DNA from: Magallana gigas
Lineage: Eukaryota
Reading direction: 5' to 3'
DNA length: 64,000 nt
Assembly: GCF_963853765.1 (NCBI RefSeq)
Contig: NC_088858.1
Location: 7,936,001-8,000,000 of the forward strand
A program made the translations under genes and the position numbers. The notes below the pieces were generated by a model. That model saw only the letters and a list, made by a program, of their open reading frames with translations, did not search any database and was not told the DNA's origin. Shown one piece after another: positions 12,563 to 25,500 of this stretch. How positions within the stretch are numbered: position 1 is the first letter of the stretch; the number at the start of each line of letters is the position of its first letter.

Positions 12563-13834
12563 AGTGAGTCAGTAACTAACCTAATAAGTGTTTTGTTTTC
12601 CCGAGGACTATTAAGTGACATATTTATTCACAAATAGCGATGATCATGGCACAGCCATGTACAAGATGCCTAACATCTCGTCCAATTTAACTCATTTAAA
12701 CTCTTCAAAATTTTCAATCTCACCTTTCAATACTCTTTAAAAATCTTTGCTTCACCCATGTTTACCTACAATGTTTTGTTGCTATTCATTTGTAAATGTT
12801 TTCTCCCTTTTCTCTGAAGAGATTTGAGCAAATTTCGACGCTGCCATTTTGTTCTGCTTCAGACAAAACAATGTGACGTCAATATTCTAAGGGCAACTAC
12901 TCTAATTTTAAAGAATTTCAAAGGGCGACTACTCCTTATACTTTAAGAACTTACGGCATGCGGTATATGTATTGAATACTATGAAATGTCGAAATGAGTA
13001 AGCGAAGCGTTGACCAATGACGGCCATATTGCCTAATATTAATTCTCACAGAACAAATATAGAGATATATGAGGCAATCACGTGCTATGTTTAAACCAAT
13101 GTAAATGTGACATTTCAGTCCAAGGGAAAACAAATATGTGTATACTGCTATAGTAAGTATCAGGCTTGGGGTAATGCTAAATGTAATGGTAATGCATTGC
13201 AATGCATTACATGTTTTCAAAGTAATGCTAGTAATGTGTAATGCCACAAAATTAGCATTACAAGTAATGGTAATGTAATTAATTACTTTCCAAAATCTAA
13301 TGTAATGCTGGCATTACATGGCATTACTTTGCATTACTATGCTTATTTATGCATGTTCTCTTTTAAAAATGTGATAAAAAAATGAATATTTGAAATTAAA
13401 TTTGATTAAATTTATTTATAAAGAAGAAAGAAATAACTCTTGAGATAAAAATGTTTTAATGGTATTATTAAAAAAGATTTTTAAAAAATTCATATTTGAA
13501 TTGTTAATATTACTAAATATAACAGCACAATTTCATAACATTTTTAAGAGTGTTGTTATTAAGAGTTTTTAATCATTTAAACAATTTACTCCAATAAGTT
13601 TGCACTTCAATAAGAAATGTGTCAACAACACACTATGTCCCCAGGATAATCTAAGTATCAAAACAATCTATTGTTATAAGAAGTGCTAAACACCCCAATC
13701 CCCTTCCCTTCGCTATGTCCCAATAGAGTAGGAGACACATGCACCTTTAAAAGCATAATGAATGCAATGTCCATCCATGATGAAAATAAATATCACTTCC
13801 AATATTATAAACCATTTGAAAATAATTTTACTTA

Positions 13835-13887
<53 letters not shown>

Positions 13888-16800
13888 ATCTTAAGTACTC
13901 TGTACATTAGTTTGGACTGATAGAAAATACAAGATTCATGTATTTTTTCTATTATTGCACTTAATATATCCTTAGATAAAGATTGTCAAACAGTACTTTT
14001 CAGTCCAAGCTTCGACTCCTCCTGTAAAACATTTATTTAGTATAGCTCGGAAGTTTTTTTAAACTAACAGGATGCAGTTAAAAGATGAACCCTTTGAAAC
14101 TTCGATCATAAAGTGAAACAGCAATCTTTTGTCTTACAGTGTCCTTAGTAGAAAGAAATACGATTAAAACACAGTATCTTAAGAAATATAACTGGGAAAA
14201 ACCATCTGTTTATGAATTAATACAATTAAGTGTCCAAAATTATAGAGATTTGTGTAATCTGGGGAAATATCTCTATTTAGCTTTTAATAACCGCAACATT
14301 ATTCCTTAAATTGTTTTTTGTTATGCATGTAATTCTGTGTCTCTATTTCGTATCCTACATTGTATCAAGCCAAATGTCAATAAATATCATTTTACTTATT
14401 TGATACGCATGTTGTTCATAATGCCACAAGATGATTATATATTGAGCAAATAAAGAATGACTCTTGTATAGTCATTGAATTTGAACCTGATACTGAGCAT
14501 GAACCTGTAGATATGTTAAAGAGTGTTTTATATTTGAAACATTTGCAAAAACTCTTTCTTAGCTTTGGTTTTTTAAAACAAAGTAATGGTAATGGTAATG
14601 CATTACTTTACTCATGTAATGGTAATGTAATGCATTACTTCAAGAAAATCAAGTAATGGTAATGGTAATTTAATGCCCAAATTCATGAAGTAATGGTAAT
14701 GTAATGCAGCATTACTTTACAATGTAATTCGCCCCAAGCCTGGACTAAGTATTCCTGTTATTAGGACAAAAAATGTTAATTTCTTAAATTGTAGTTTCTT
14801 GCTTGTGCCACAGTAAGATATAAAGTTATAGAAAACTGGCATCTTATTTCCTTTACAGTGAATAGCAAACATTTGAAAACCGTAGTAATGTAAAAAGGCA
14901 GTTTTATATACATCATTTAACCTTAGAAAATCAGTCAGAAGAATATAGATTTGTTGAATAAAGTATGCTGAAAATTCAAAAGTGTCATGACATGAACAGC
15001 TTCATAATAATATTAAAAGTTGAGTAACTGGGCATACCCAAAACACATGGCGCTTTCCTAGGGGAAAAGTACCAGTAATGTGCAGATGTTTTGTCTTTGA
15101 TAAAACTGTTTTAAGGGTCCTAGCTATAGTTTTGTATGTTCTAGGTGGAGATTGAGCTGGAAGTTGGAGGACTCCATTTGTTGCTCAGTCCCACACAGTT
15201 CCACGCTGTCCTTGACCTTGTTAATGGCTTCTTGTCGCCAAGTAAGGAACTGAATACCAGAAAACGCCTATTGTCATGCACATGTTTACATTGTTTATGG
15301 AAATAGTTAAAAAAAATGTAGGCTGATACTTAATAGTGGGGGATTCCTTAACACAGTGTATGTGCCAAACTAGGGATCAAGCAATATCAAGTATCATATA
15401 TTGCAGACCCAATTGGGTTAACCTTGCTATTTTGAATTTAATGTTAATTGACCTAAAATTTGACATAAGATGTACTGGGCATGACATTTAAACAACTTAC
15501 GAAGTAAATATAGATGATTTTTATTAGCATATATACATGTTATACATGTATAGTGTGGCTCATTTTGTGCCTATATAATGGAAACATTTTGATAAGTTTT
15601 CTTCTGTTTAGAATCCAGCAATGAGGGCAGGGAGCGGGCGAGGAGTAAAAGTAAGCCAATGAATGAGGAGGATTACAGGAAGGTGGAGACGGAGTTACAG
15701 AAACAGCTCCACTCGGACCGCTTCCACCCCAGCCACATGGACACACTGACTGCCACCGATCTCCAAGACATCATGACACATTCCATTGGTAATTTGTCAT
15801 TGTGAAACTGTCAACTCTTCTCTGATAAAGGAGACTTGTAGAGGCAGATTTTCAATGTAAAATAGTCAATTTCTTAATAGAGAAAGATTCTGGTGAGCTT
15901 TTAAACCAAGAGCCACTCAGGGATTTATTAGTGACTCTCAAGTGAGAATTTTAACTGAGCAATCAAAGCTTCATGTTCTCTGATTCATTATTTACATATC
16001 ATTTCTTTTAGCTGGTCATTTTTAATGATGTTGATCATTTGATTTATTACATTGACATTACATTTCTTTTTGTAGGGGATGAGCAGTATTTTTCACTGGC
16101 TCCTGACCCAATGGAATCATCAGTCAACAGTAACTTTAGCTTGGCTTCAGGCAGATCTGGAAGCACTGTAACCAGTAAGATAAAAAATATGCACACCCCT
16201 TATCACATGCATTTTGTTGATTGGTTGTAGCAATGTTGTTGGAATAGTTTAGCTTCTCGAGAAGAGCATAATTCACCATGCCTTTTGCCCTCTGTGAATA
16301 TTATCCATATCTTTACCATACCTTTTTCCCTCAGTGAATATTATCCGTATATTTACCTTACCTTTTTCCCTCAGTGAATATTATCCATACTTTTACCTTA
16401 CCTTTTTCCCTCTGTGAATATTATCCATATCTCAGGCAGCTACCAGTAAACCAAGATATTATCTGGATAATGTAGTGGTTTTTAGCTCACCTGGGGCATC
16501 TGTCCGTCTGTAAACTTTTTACTTTTATGACTTCTTCTCCAGAACCACTGGGCCAATTTTAACCAAACTTGGCACAAAACATTATTGAGGTGAAGGGTTT
16601 GTTAAAAATAAAGGGCTATGCTCCTTTTGAAGGAGAGATGATTAAGAATTAATGAAAACTTCTTGGTAATATTTGAAAATCTTCTCAAAAAATCTACTTG
16701 CCAGAAAAGCTGTAATTTATATGGAAGCATCCTCAGATAAAGTAGATTCAAGTTTGTTCAAATCATGTTCCCTCGGGTAGGGTTGGGCCACAATGGAGAG

Positions 16801-19800
16801 TCAAATTTTTACATAGGAATATATTGAGGAAAATCTTTAAGAAGCTTCTCTTTAAAAACAAATAGGCCAGACAAGCTGTAACGTCTGTGGAAGCATGTAT
16901 AGGTAATTTATATTTAAGTATATTTAAATCAAGATCCCAGAAGTTAGGGGGCCACAATAGGGGTCAAATTATTACATAGGAATATATAGAAAAACCAATT
17001 AATTAGAAAAGCTGTAACTTGTGTGGAAGCATTCTCAGGTAATGCTGATTCAAGTTTGTTCAAATCATGATCCCCAGGGATAGAATGAGGACATAATGGG
17101 AAGGGGGTGGTGAATTATAACATAGGAAATGAATTTGATGATTCTCAAAACTCAAATGTTATGATATATGGTATTACCCATACATAAGCATCTTGACATT
17201 TGTTGATTCTCAGGTGTTGGCAATTTTGCGACACACAAGGGGTTCATAGTTTGATGTAGGGTTATATTTTTATGAACAGTTGTTCAAGATCTCCTTGAGA
17301 AATGCATTGCTCAATATTTGATGTGACTTTAAAATCATCTAGTTATTGTTTATTATGGTTATTGTTGTTCAGACAAGCGATGTGGCCCATGGTCCTCTTG
17401 TTTGAAATTGATATTCTATTGTGGTATTAACTTTTTTGAGGTTGATATCTGAAGTACATTTGAAAATGACCTTCTTTTGGGTGACTTAAGAATCTTGTGT
17501 AGTGATCAATCTATAGAAGTAGATCAAAGGATCTGATTTAATGATATTTTACTTTGGGTTCTTCACTATGTATTCGATCTGTTTTAATAATGATTTTATA
17601 TATTGCAGCCACACGTTCGGGGCCAAGAAAAGATGGGAAAGCTGCAAAAGGTGAGTACAACTGACTCAACGTCCAACATCCATTTATAAATGTATGAATT
17701 TTTGCTTTTGTGTTTATGACTCCAACTTAATTATACATGTTGTACAATGGAACTGAAATTTTACAAATTCAATATATAATACACTGTAGAGCAGGCTTGG
17801 GGCGAATTACATTGTAAAGTAATGCATTACATTACCATTACTTCATGAATTTGGGCATTAAATTACCATTACTTTATTTTCTTGAAGTAATGCATTACAT
17901 TACCATTACATGAGTAAAGTAATGCATTACCATTACCATTACTTTGTTTTAAAAAAGTAAAGCTAATAAAGAGTTTTTGCAAATGTTTCAAATATTAAAC
18001 ACTCTTTAACATATCTACAGGTTCATGCTCAGTATCAGGTTCAAATTCAATGACTATACAAGAGTCATTCTTTATTTGCTCAATATATAATCATCTTGTG
18101 GCATTATGAACAACATGCTTATCAAATAAGTAAAATGATATTTATTGACATTTGGCATGATACAATGTAGGACACGAAATAGAGACGCAGAATTACATGC
18201 ATAACAAAAATCAATTTATGGAATAATGTTGCAGTTATCAAAAGCTAAATAGAGATATTTCCCCAGATTACACAAATCTCTATAATTTTGGACACTTAAT
18301 TGTATTAATTCATAAACAGATGGTTTTTCCCAGTTATATTTCTTAAGATACTGTATTTGAATCGTATTTCTTTCTACTGAGGACACTTTCAGACAAAAGA
18401 TTGCTGTTGCACTTTATGATCGAAGTTTCAAAGGGTTCATCTTTTAACTGCATCCTGTTAATTTGAAAATCTACCCAGCTATACTAAATAAATGTTTTAC
18501 AGGAGGAGTCGAAGCTTGGACTGAAAAGTACTGTTTGACGATCTTTATCTTAGGATATATTAAGTGCAATAATAGAAAAAATACATGAATCTTGTATTTT
18601 CTATCAGTCCAAACTAATGTACAGTGTACCTAATATACAAGAGAGAGAGAGAGAGAATAAGTAAGTAGTAAAATTATTTTCAAATGGGTTATAATATTGG
18701 AAGTGATATTGATTTTCATCATGTATGGACAGTGCATTCATTTTGCTTTTAAAGGTGCATGTCTGTCTCCTATTCTATTGGGACATAGTGAAGGGAAGGA
18801 GATTGGGGTGTTTAGCACTTCTTATAACAATACCTTGGTAGATTGTTTTGATACTTAGATTATCCTGGGGGCATAGTGTGTTGTTGACACATTTCTTATG
18901 GAAGTGCAAACTAATTGGAGTAAATTTTTTAAATGATTAAAAACTCTTTATAACAACACTCTTAAAAATGTTATGAAATTGTGCTGTTATATTTAGTAAT
19001 ATTAACAATTCAAAAATGAATTTTTAAAATCTTTTTTAATAATACAATTAAAACATTTTTATCTCAAGAATTATTTCTATCTTCTTAAAAAATAAATTAA
19101 GTCAAATTCAATTTCAACTATTCATTTATTCATCACATTTTTTAAAGTGAACATGCATAAATAAGCATAGTAATGCAAAGTAATGCCATGTAATGCCAGC
19201 ATTACACTAGATTTTGGAAAGTAATAAATTACATTACCATTACTTGTAATGCTAATTTTGTGGCATTACACATTACTAGCATTACTTTGAAGACATGTAA
19301 TGCATTGCAATGCATTACCATTACATTTAGCATTACCCCAAGCCTGCTTTAGAGCAATTCCTTTTAGCTAATCTGAGCCAAAGGCTCAAGTGAGCTTTTC
19401 TAATCAAAATTTACCCGATGTCTGTCATCATTGTCATTGTTGTCATCATCATTGACACGTACCATACGCTTTCCTTTTTTCATCCTCTTCTCCAGACCAA
19501 TTGTGCCAATTTTATCCAAACTTGGCAAAAAACATCCTTGGGGGAATGGCTTTCAAGTTTGTTCAAATGAAGGGCCATTTCCCTTCAAAGGAGAGATAAG
19601 TTAGAAGTGAAAATTGGGTTCAATATTTCAAAAATTTTCTTCAGAACCACTGATCCAATATGAACTTCAACTTATTAATTAAAATCACTTAAGGGGAAGG
19701 GCTTTGAAGTTTGTTCAAATAAAGGACCATTTGCTCTTCAAAGGGGAGATAATCAGGTAACACTGAAAATTGTTTGGTGTTTGAAAATTTTACTTCCCTA

Positions 19801-21072
19801 GAACCATTGGATCAGTTTCAACCAAACTCGGCACAAAGTATCCTTGGGGGTGAACTTTCAAGCTTGCTCAAATCAAGGGCCAGTTCCCCTTCAAAGGGGA
19901 GAGAATTAAGAGGGAGTAAAGATTCGGTGAGGAAATTCAGAAATTTTCTTCTTCAGAACCAAAATGCCGTAGTAATGTTTTATCAGACTGGATAATTTGG
20001 CTTTGATTCCAAACACTGCCGCTAGCTGATTATGGTTATGACCATCCTTTGCATTGTATACTAGTAGCAATAAACCGCATGCATGTTGTGTCAGTGTGCA
20101 TTATAAATGAAACCGAATAATACTGTGTTACCCTTGTCTGTCTGTCCATAACAAAAATTTCCATCACATTTTTCTGAGCAACTATTAATCACAGGTGTTT
20201 GAAATTTGAACACACTCTTTGTTAAGACTTGGCATATGGTGGGATCCATTTATGTACCAACCGGACATCAACTTCCTATTAAATGATGACTTTGTCTATT
20301 TTTTGGCCAAAATTTTCAAACATATTCATCAAAGATTTCTTAGCAACTATTCATTGCAGATGCTTAAAAATTTAACACACTCTTTGTTTAGGCATGCTTT
20401 TTGATAGGATTTATTCTGAACCAATCAGATTTCAACTTCTTGTTAAATGTCAACTTTACTAATTTTTATATATTCACATCAGAGTGGGGGTATTGGCTCA
20501 CAGATTTCTTGTTATAAAAGATTGACCATTAAAGGTCTGCAGGTTTCTTTTTACCAAAAGTTCACAATTTTTAGCCCCTAGAGGGGTACCTGGAGGTAGG
20601 GTAGAGATAACTCTAGATTCTTCTGACTCATGCCATACACACCCTCCTCGGAGGCTTCCCATTCCTATTAATGAATTGATGTTTGCAAACGTCAAATAAA
20701 AGTGGGACCATGTCAATGCACTTTGAAATTTTTTTCAAAGCGTGTTGATATCATTGATATTAACACACTTTTTAAAAAATATTGTGCAGGGGTTATTAGT
20801 TGTTAGAAAACAAAGAAAGGATGTGAAAACATCAGAACCAAATGGTATGAATTCCATCTACGTCCTTTGATAGGTCCTGGAATATTAGCTAATGTTAGTT
20901 TTTACATAGTTATACACATCTAGTGTGATTATTACTACAATGCTTCCTATTGTGCAATAGCCATTGTTCGAGTTTTCATGGTCTGGAAGACAACGCAATA
21001 GAAACGCTGTGGGAGCACGGTACAAACGCAGAAGAAACGTCAAGAGAGCGCGATGAATGCAGCAACAGCTCT

Positions 21073-21107
<35 letters not shown>

Positions 21108-21779
21108 AGGCACTGCAATACAATAATTAAAGCTATAAATGTCATCTTGTGAAAGATTTTTTGCTGTTTAAAAACAGTGTAACATCGTGTAGTTTACGAT
21201 TTCATTCTAACCCACCAATTATTGATCCTAGAATGACATGAATAGTGCACATCTTGGGATTTATTGAGTGTACATAAGGACCTACTGACTACTGTTAAAG
21301 TATTAAACCCCTGTCACACCGGAGCTGCGTCCTCACGGCAATTCCACTGCGTCCTTGAATAATATAAAAATGCCAGGGTAAACGCAGTAGAGTCTCCTAC
21401 AGTGCTGTAACTACGCAACAGCATCTTCGTTTGTCACAATAGAATTTGAACATTTTAGAATGCCATGCGACGGCGCGCACTTTGAACATGCACACGTAAC
21501 TTTGAACGCGCCATGGCTCAGCGTTTTGATAAACATGCCATAGAAGCGGAGTGATGTCGCCGTGACAGCGCCGTAAGGTCTCCAACAGTGCCTCGAGAGG
21601 TCCATTGGCGTCCTCAAAGAATGTAGCTAATCGCAGTGTAGACTCAGTGATAAGTCAATTGTCCTTGCACAGAGACTTCTCGGAGTCCTTTGAGATCTTA
21701 CTGTGTCTCTATCGCGCTCTCACTGTTCATCCACAGCGTTTGAACAAGTCGTTTTTTCATTTGGCTGCGTTCCCAAGGG

Positions 21780-21824
<45 letters not shown>

Positions 21825-22507
21825 GGCACTTTAAATGTTTCAATCTTTAGTCTCCTCCTGAGAAAGGATTACATTTTACATTTACCAAAAAATACTTTAA
21901 GCAATCTTGCAGTTCACATACATTTATTAAATCAACAGTCTATCGTTACTACAAAATCACTTACAAATGACTGACAACAGGCATCAGTGAATGGCCCTTT
22001 CAATTCAGGAAACATGGCAAAGGAAACATTGCAAAAAACTCTTTGAAAAAGTTCTGCATTAATCAAAATATTTACAGTAGCTGGTATAATACGTTAGATA
22101 ATAAAAAATAATCTACATTAAACACATCGTTTTATTGTTATTGTATTTGATTAATATTTTATTTGGGAGGAAAGGGTTAATATTTATTGTCGGATGATTA
22201 AATCACATTCACAAAACTTATTACATATAATATCAAACCTTGCATACAAGATAACTTGACATTATAAGAAAACACCTACTTAGTAGTAATCTGTAACTTA
22301 ACAATGAAGTAATTCCACTCTTGGTTAATTGCATGATCTTTTGCCTTTTCATTTGCCTATAAATAAAATACATGTAAACAATTCAATAAAAAATTCATAT
22401 ACTTTGTACATGTACTTTTCAACAGTGCTTCCTGATAGAATAGAAATATGTGCATATTAAGCACTTGAAACAAAAGTGTTTTGTCTTCTCATGAAGAACA
22501 TTATCAG

Positions 22508-22539
<32 letters not shown>

Positions 22540-25500
22540 GGGTCTTCCGTCCGATTTTTGAATAGATTAGATTAAACTTATCACTTCAAAGATAAAATCG
22601 TAGATCTAAGCGAAAAATAGTAAAAAAAAAAAATTTGTGGCAATCTGGGCTTGAACCCGGGTCACCTGGGCCATGTCCACTACTCTATCGACTGAGCTAC
22701 TCAGACTCTTGCTTCAGAACTTTGATGCTTAATTTCTCGAGAATGCCTGAATTACCTGAAAGCACCTTGTTGCGAGCAACAAGTGGGTCTTTTGTTAGAT
22801 TTTGAATTGATAGGTTTCAATTAAACTGTTGATATTTGGTACGATTTACTATCATATTAACTTCCTTTTAAACTAATTTTTCAGCCTACACTGCGAAATG
22901 CAGATTTCCAGAAAAGGTCATTTTTAAACTTCAATATCTCTGCAATGCGTTGTCCGATTTTAAAACGGTTTTTAGTTTTGTATTCAGTACAAAAATGTCA
23001 ACAAAACGCTAATGCTTTAAAATTCAAAAAAATCGAAATATTAGAATCACTTCTGGTGACGACCGGAAGTGACGGACGACCTGCTCATATTAAAATTTGA
23101 TAAGTTTAAAAACATATTCTGATGGAAAAAAAATTGTAGATTATTTGATTTAAAAAAAATTTTAAACACAATTTTCCAAAAATGCTGTTTGAGCGGACCG
23201 GCAGTGAGGGACGATCGTAGTTTTACCTGATCGGCCCTAGAAATTCAAAAATCTATTATTCCTGAAACTTTCAGTTTTCTATCTTTAATCGTTTTTGCGA
23301 AAAAGGGAGGACAAGATCACTTTTTACAAAAAGAAAAACGAATATAACGGCCGACCAGAAGTGACATCATCAACAAAAATGTACATGATAAAAGACCTTG
23401 ATATTTTGTATTATTCGTGAAATTTTCATAAAAATCCGTTGTAGCATATTTGAGATATTTGAGTTTTAAGAAAAATGTTAAGAAAAAACAGAATAATAAT
23501 AGTGAAAAATAGAGAAAAAGAAACCTAACAAAAACAATAGGGTCTTCCGATGGAAACGGAAGACCCTAATAAAACAAATATGGTACAACACAAAAATTAA
23601 CAAGAAATTGATACAAATGCATGACGAATTACATGGGAGATAAAATAGCAATACCCAAATTGACACCAATATTAGCAATCGAAATTTTAACAAAGCATTT
23701 CTTTAAACAAATCTCTAAACCTGTTATCACTAAAGAAGTAGACAAAAGGATTCAGAATGCTATTAATTGCACCAAAATGTGCAAGCACACCAAACAAAAC
23801 ATAGGTGGATCTATCAATAGCAATGTAAGGGTCGTAATAATTCTTATACGCAACCAATGTGTTTATCGTGACAAGAGGGAAGTAGCTGACAATGAGAAGA
23901 ACCGTTATGATGCAGAACGTAAGTGTTATTTTGACGTTGTCATCTTTCGCAGCTCGCCTAGCAGCTTTGCTGTCTTTTGAAGTTGCATCCTGATTCTTAT
24001 TACCAAAATTTTGACCATCTCTTAATTTTTTTCTTGCTGCTTTTTGAGCCAGAATTGTCTTCCAAATGATTACCTGGAGGCATACTACAATAATGGCTAA
24101 GAGAACAGATGTCGTGAGGTTGGAAAGGTTGTAAATAAATGGCCAAACCTTGCGTTCACCTACGTTTCCAATCATACATTGGGAAATGGTACGTCCTTCC
24201 ATTTTCGTGTACCAGTTGCCAACCATAAATGGAAATGGGAGACCAGTCATGCATGCAAAACCAAAACAAGCGAGACAGATGCGTTTTGCGAAAGAAACAG
24301 ACATCTGGGACTTCAGTGGATGGCATATCTTCCGGTATCTCTCGATTGCAATGACGAAAATGATGCAGTAAGATGTAGTGCTTACAATGTAAGCGGCGAA
24401 GTAGGTAACTCTGCACTCTATGTCACTGGTATCGTATGATGGAAACCACAGCTGTTCTACCTCTTTCATGAGATGCGCAAAAGAGGTGCTTAGATCAAAA
24501 TAAGCCAAAATAAAGACAAAGATTTTGTACGTAGAATCGTATTGAATTTTACGAAAAATGTTCAGGACTAATGAATTTCCTACTATTCCTACAACACATA
24601 GAAATAGAATGAATATCCCCAAAGGCAGGCGATTCATCCTTTCTTTGACAATCTCGGGATGGGTCACTACAGAAGCATTTTGACCCATGATGTTCTTCAC
24701 AGTTTGAATTCCTTTGTGCTCGTTAGTTAGAGACATTGTTATTTATACCAGTGAGTTGGTCACAAGTGCATGTCAATGTAATGTAATTTCATAAACTGGA
24801 GATTCATTTATCGTTGAGAACTCTTTTTAGTATCTGCTAATGATACTTTTTCCCATATTCATAAGAACTACTTAAGGTTAATGGTTTATTTATTTTCTTT
24901 ATACATGAAAGCAATTCAGTTCTTCTCCTTTAATATTGGAGTAATGAATTAAAAAAGCAAACTTGCACAGCAATATACTTACCATCATGTAAAGAAACAA
25001 AACCCTTAATGAGGAAAAGTTGCATTAGTGGCCAAGAAATGGTAGAATCTTTTGTCAGCAAATTATACACCGTGCTCATTTATGACTACTGGTATGAGCT
25101 CCCTCGCAGTTAAATTTTATGGTACTCTCTCCTTTACATGCAATGCTAAAGTGTAGAGATAAGTAATTATGTACCACATGCATGTCGAAGATTTCCATGT
25201 CAGAAACTTACCATTCTGTAGTCTATGCTATCTTCTTAACCAATGCTTTTCAAGTTTTTAGGTTACCTGAAAATTAATTTAAACCATTTGAATTTGCCCA
25301 GTCTTAAATTTGCTCAGTTACAACGAGAGCAGAAGTGGCAAAAATAAACCAAGAGGGAATTTCCCTGTTTACAGTAAATTAAATCTTAAGAAATCTTTAA
25401 ATTTTCTTTACTCCCATAAATATTTAAATAAAATGAATTCATGGTAATGATGTCCATGAAGCCCTATTCCAAAAGTGTGAAATGAAAGGCCCCTCAGGGT

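Noticed and set aside
22638-22704. tRNA gene candidates (also 31668-31733 and 47500-47566)
   Set aside because: Only A/B boxes are recognisable, with no complete cloverleaf. All are embedded in repeats, so they are treated as tRNA-derived segments.
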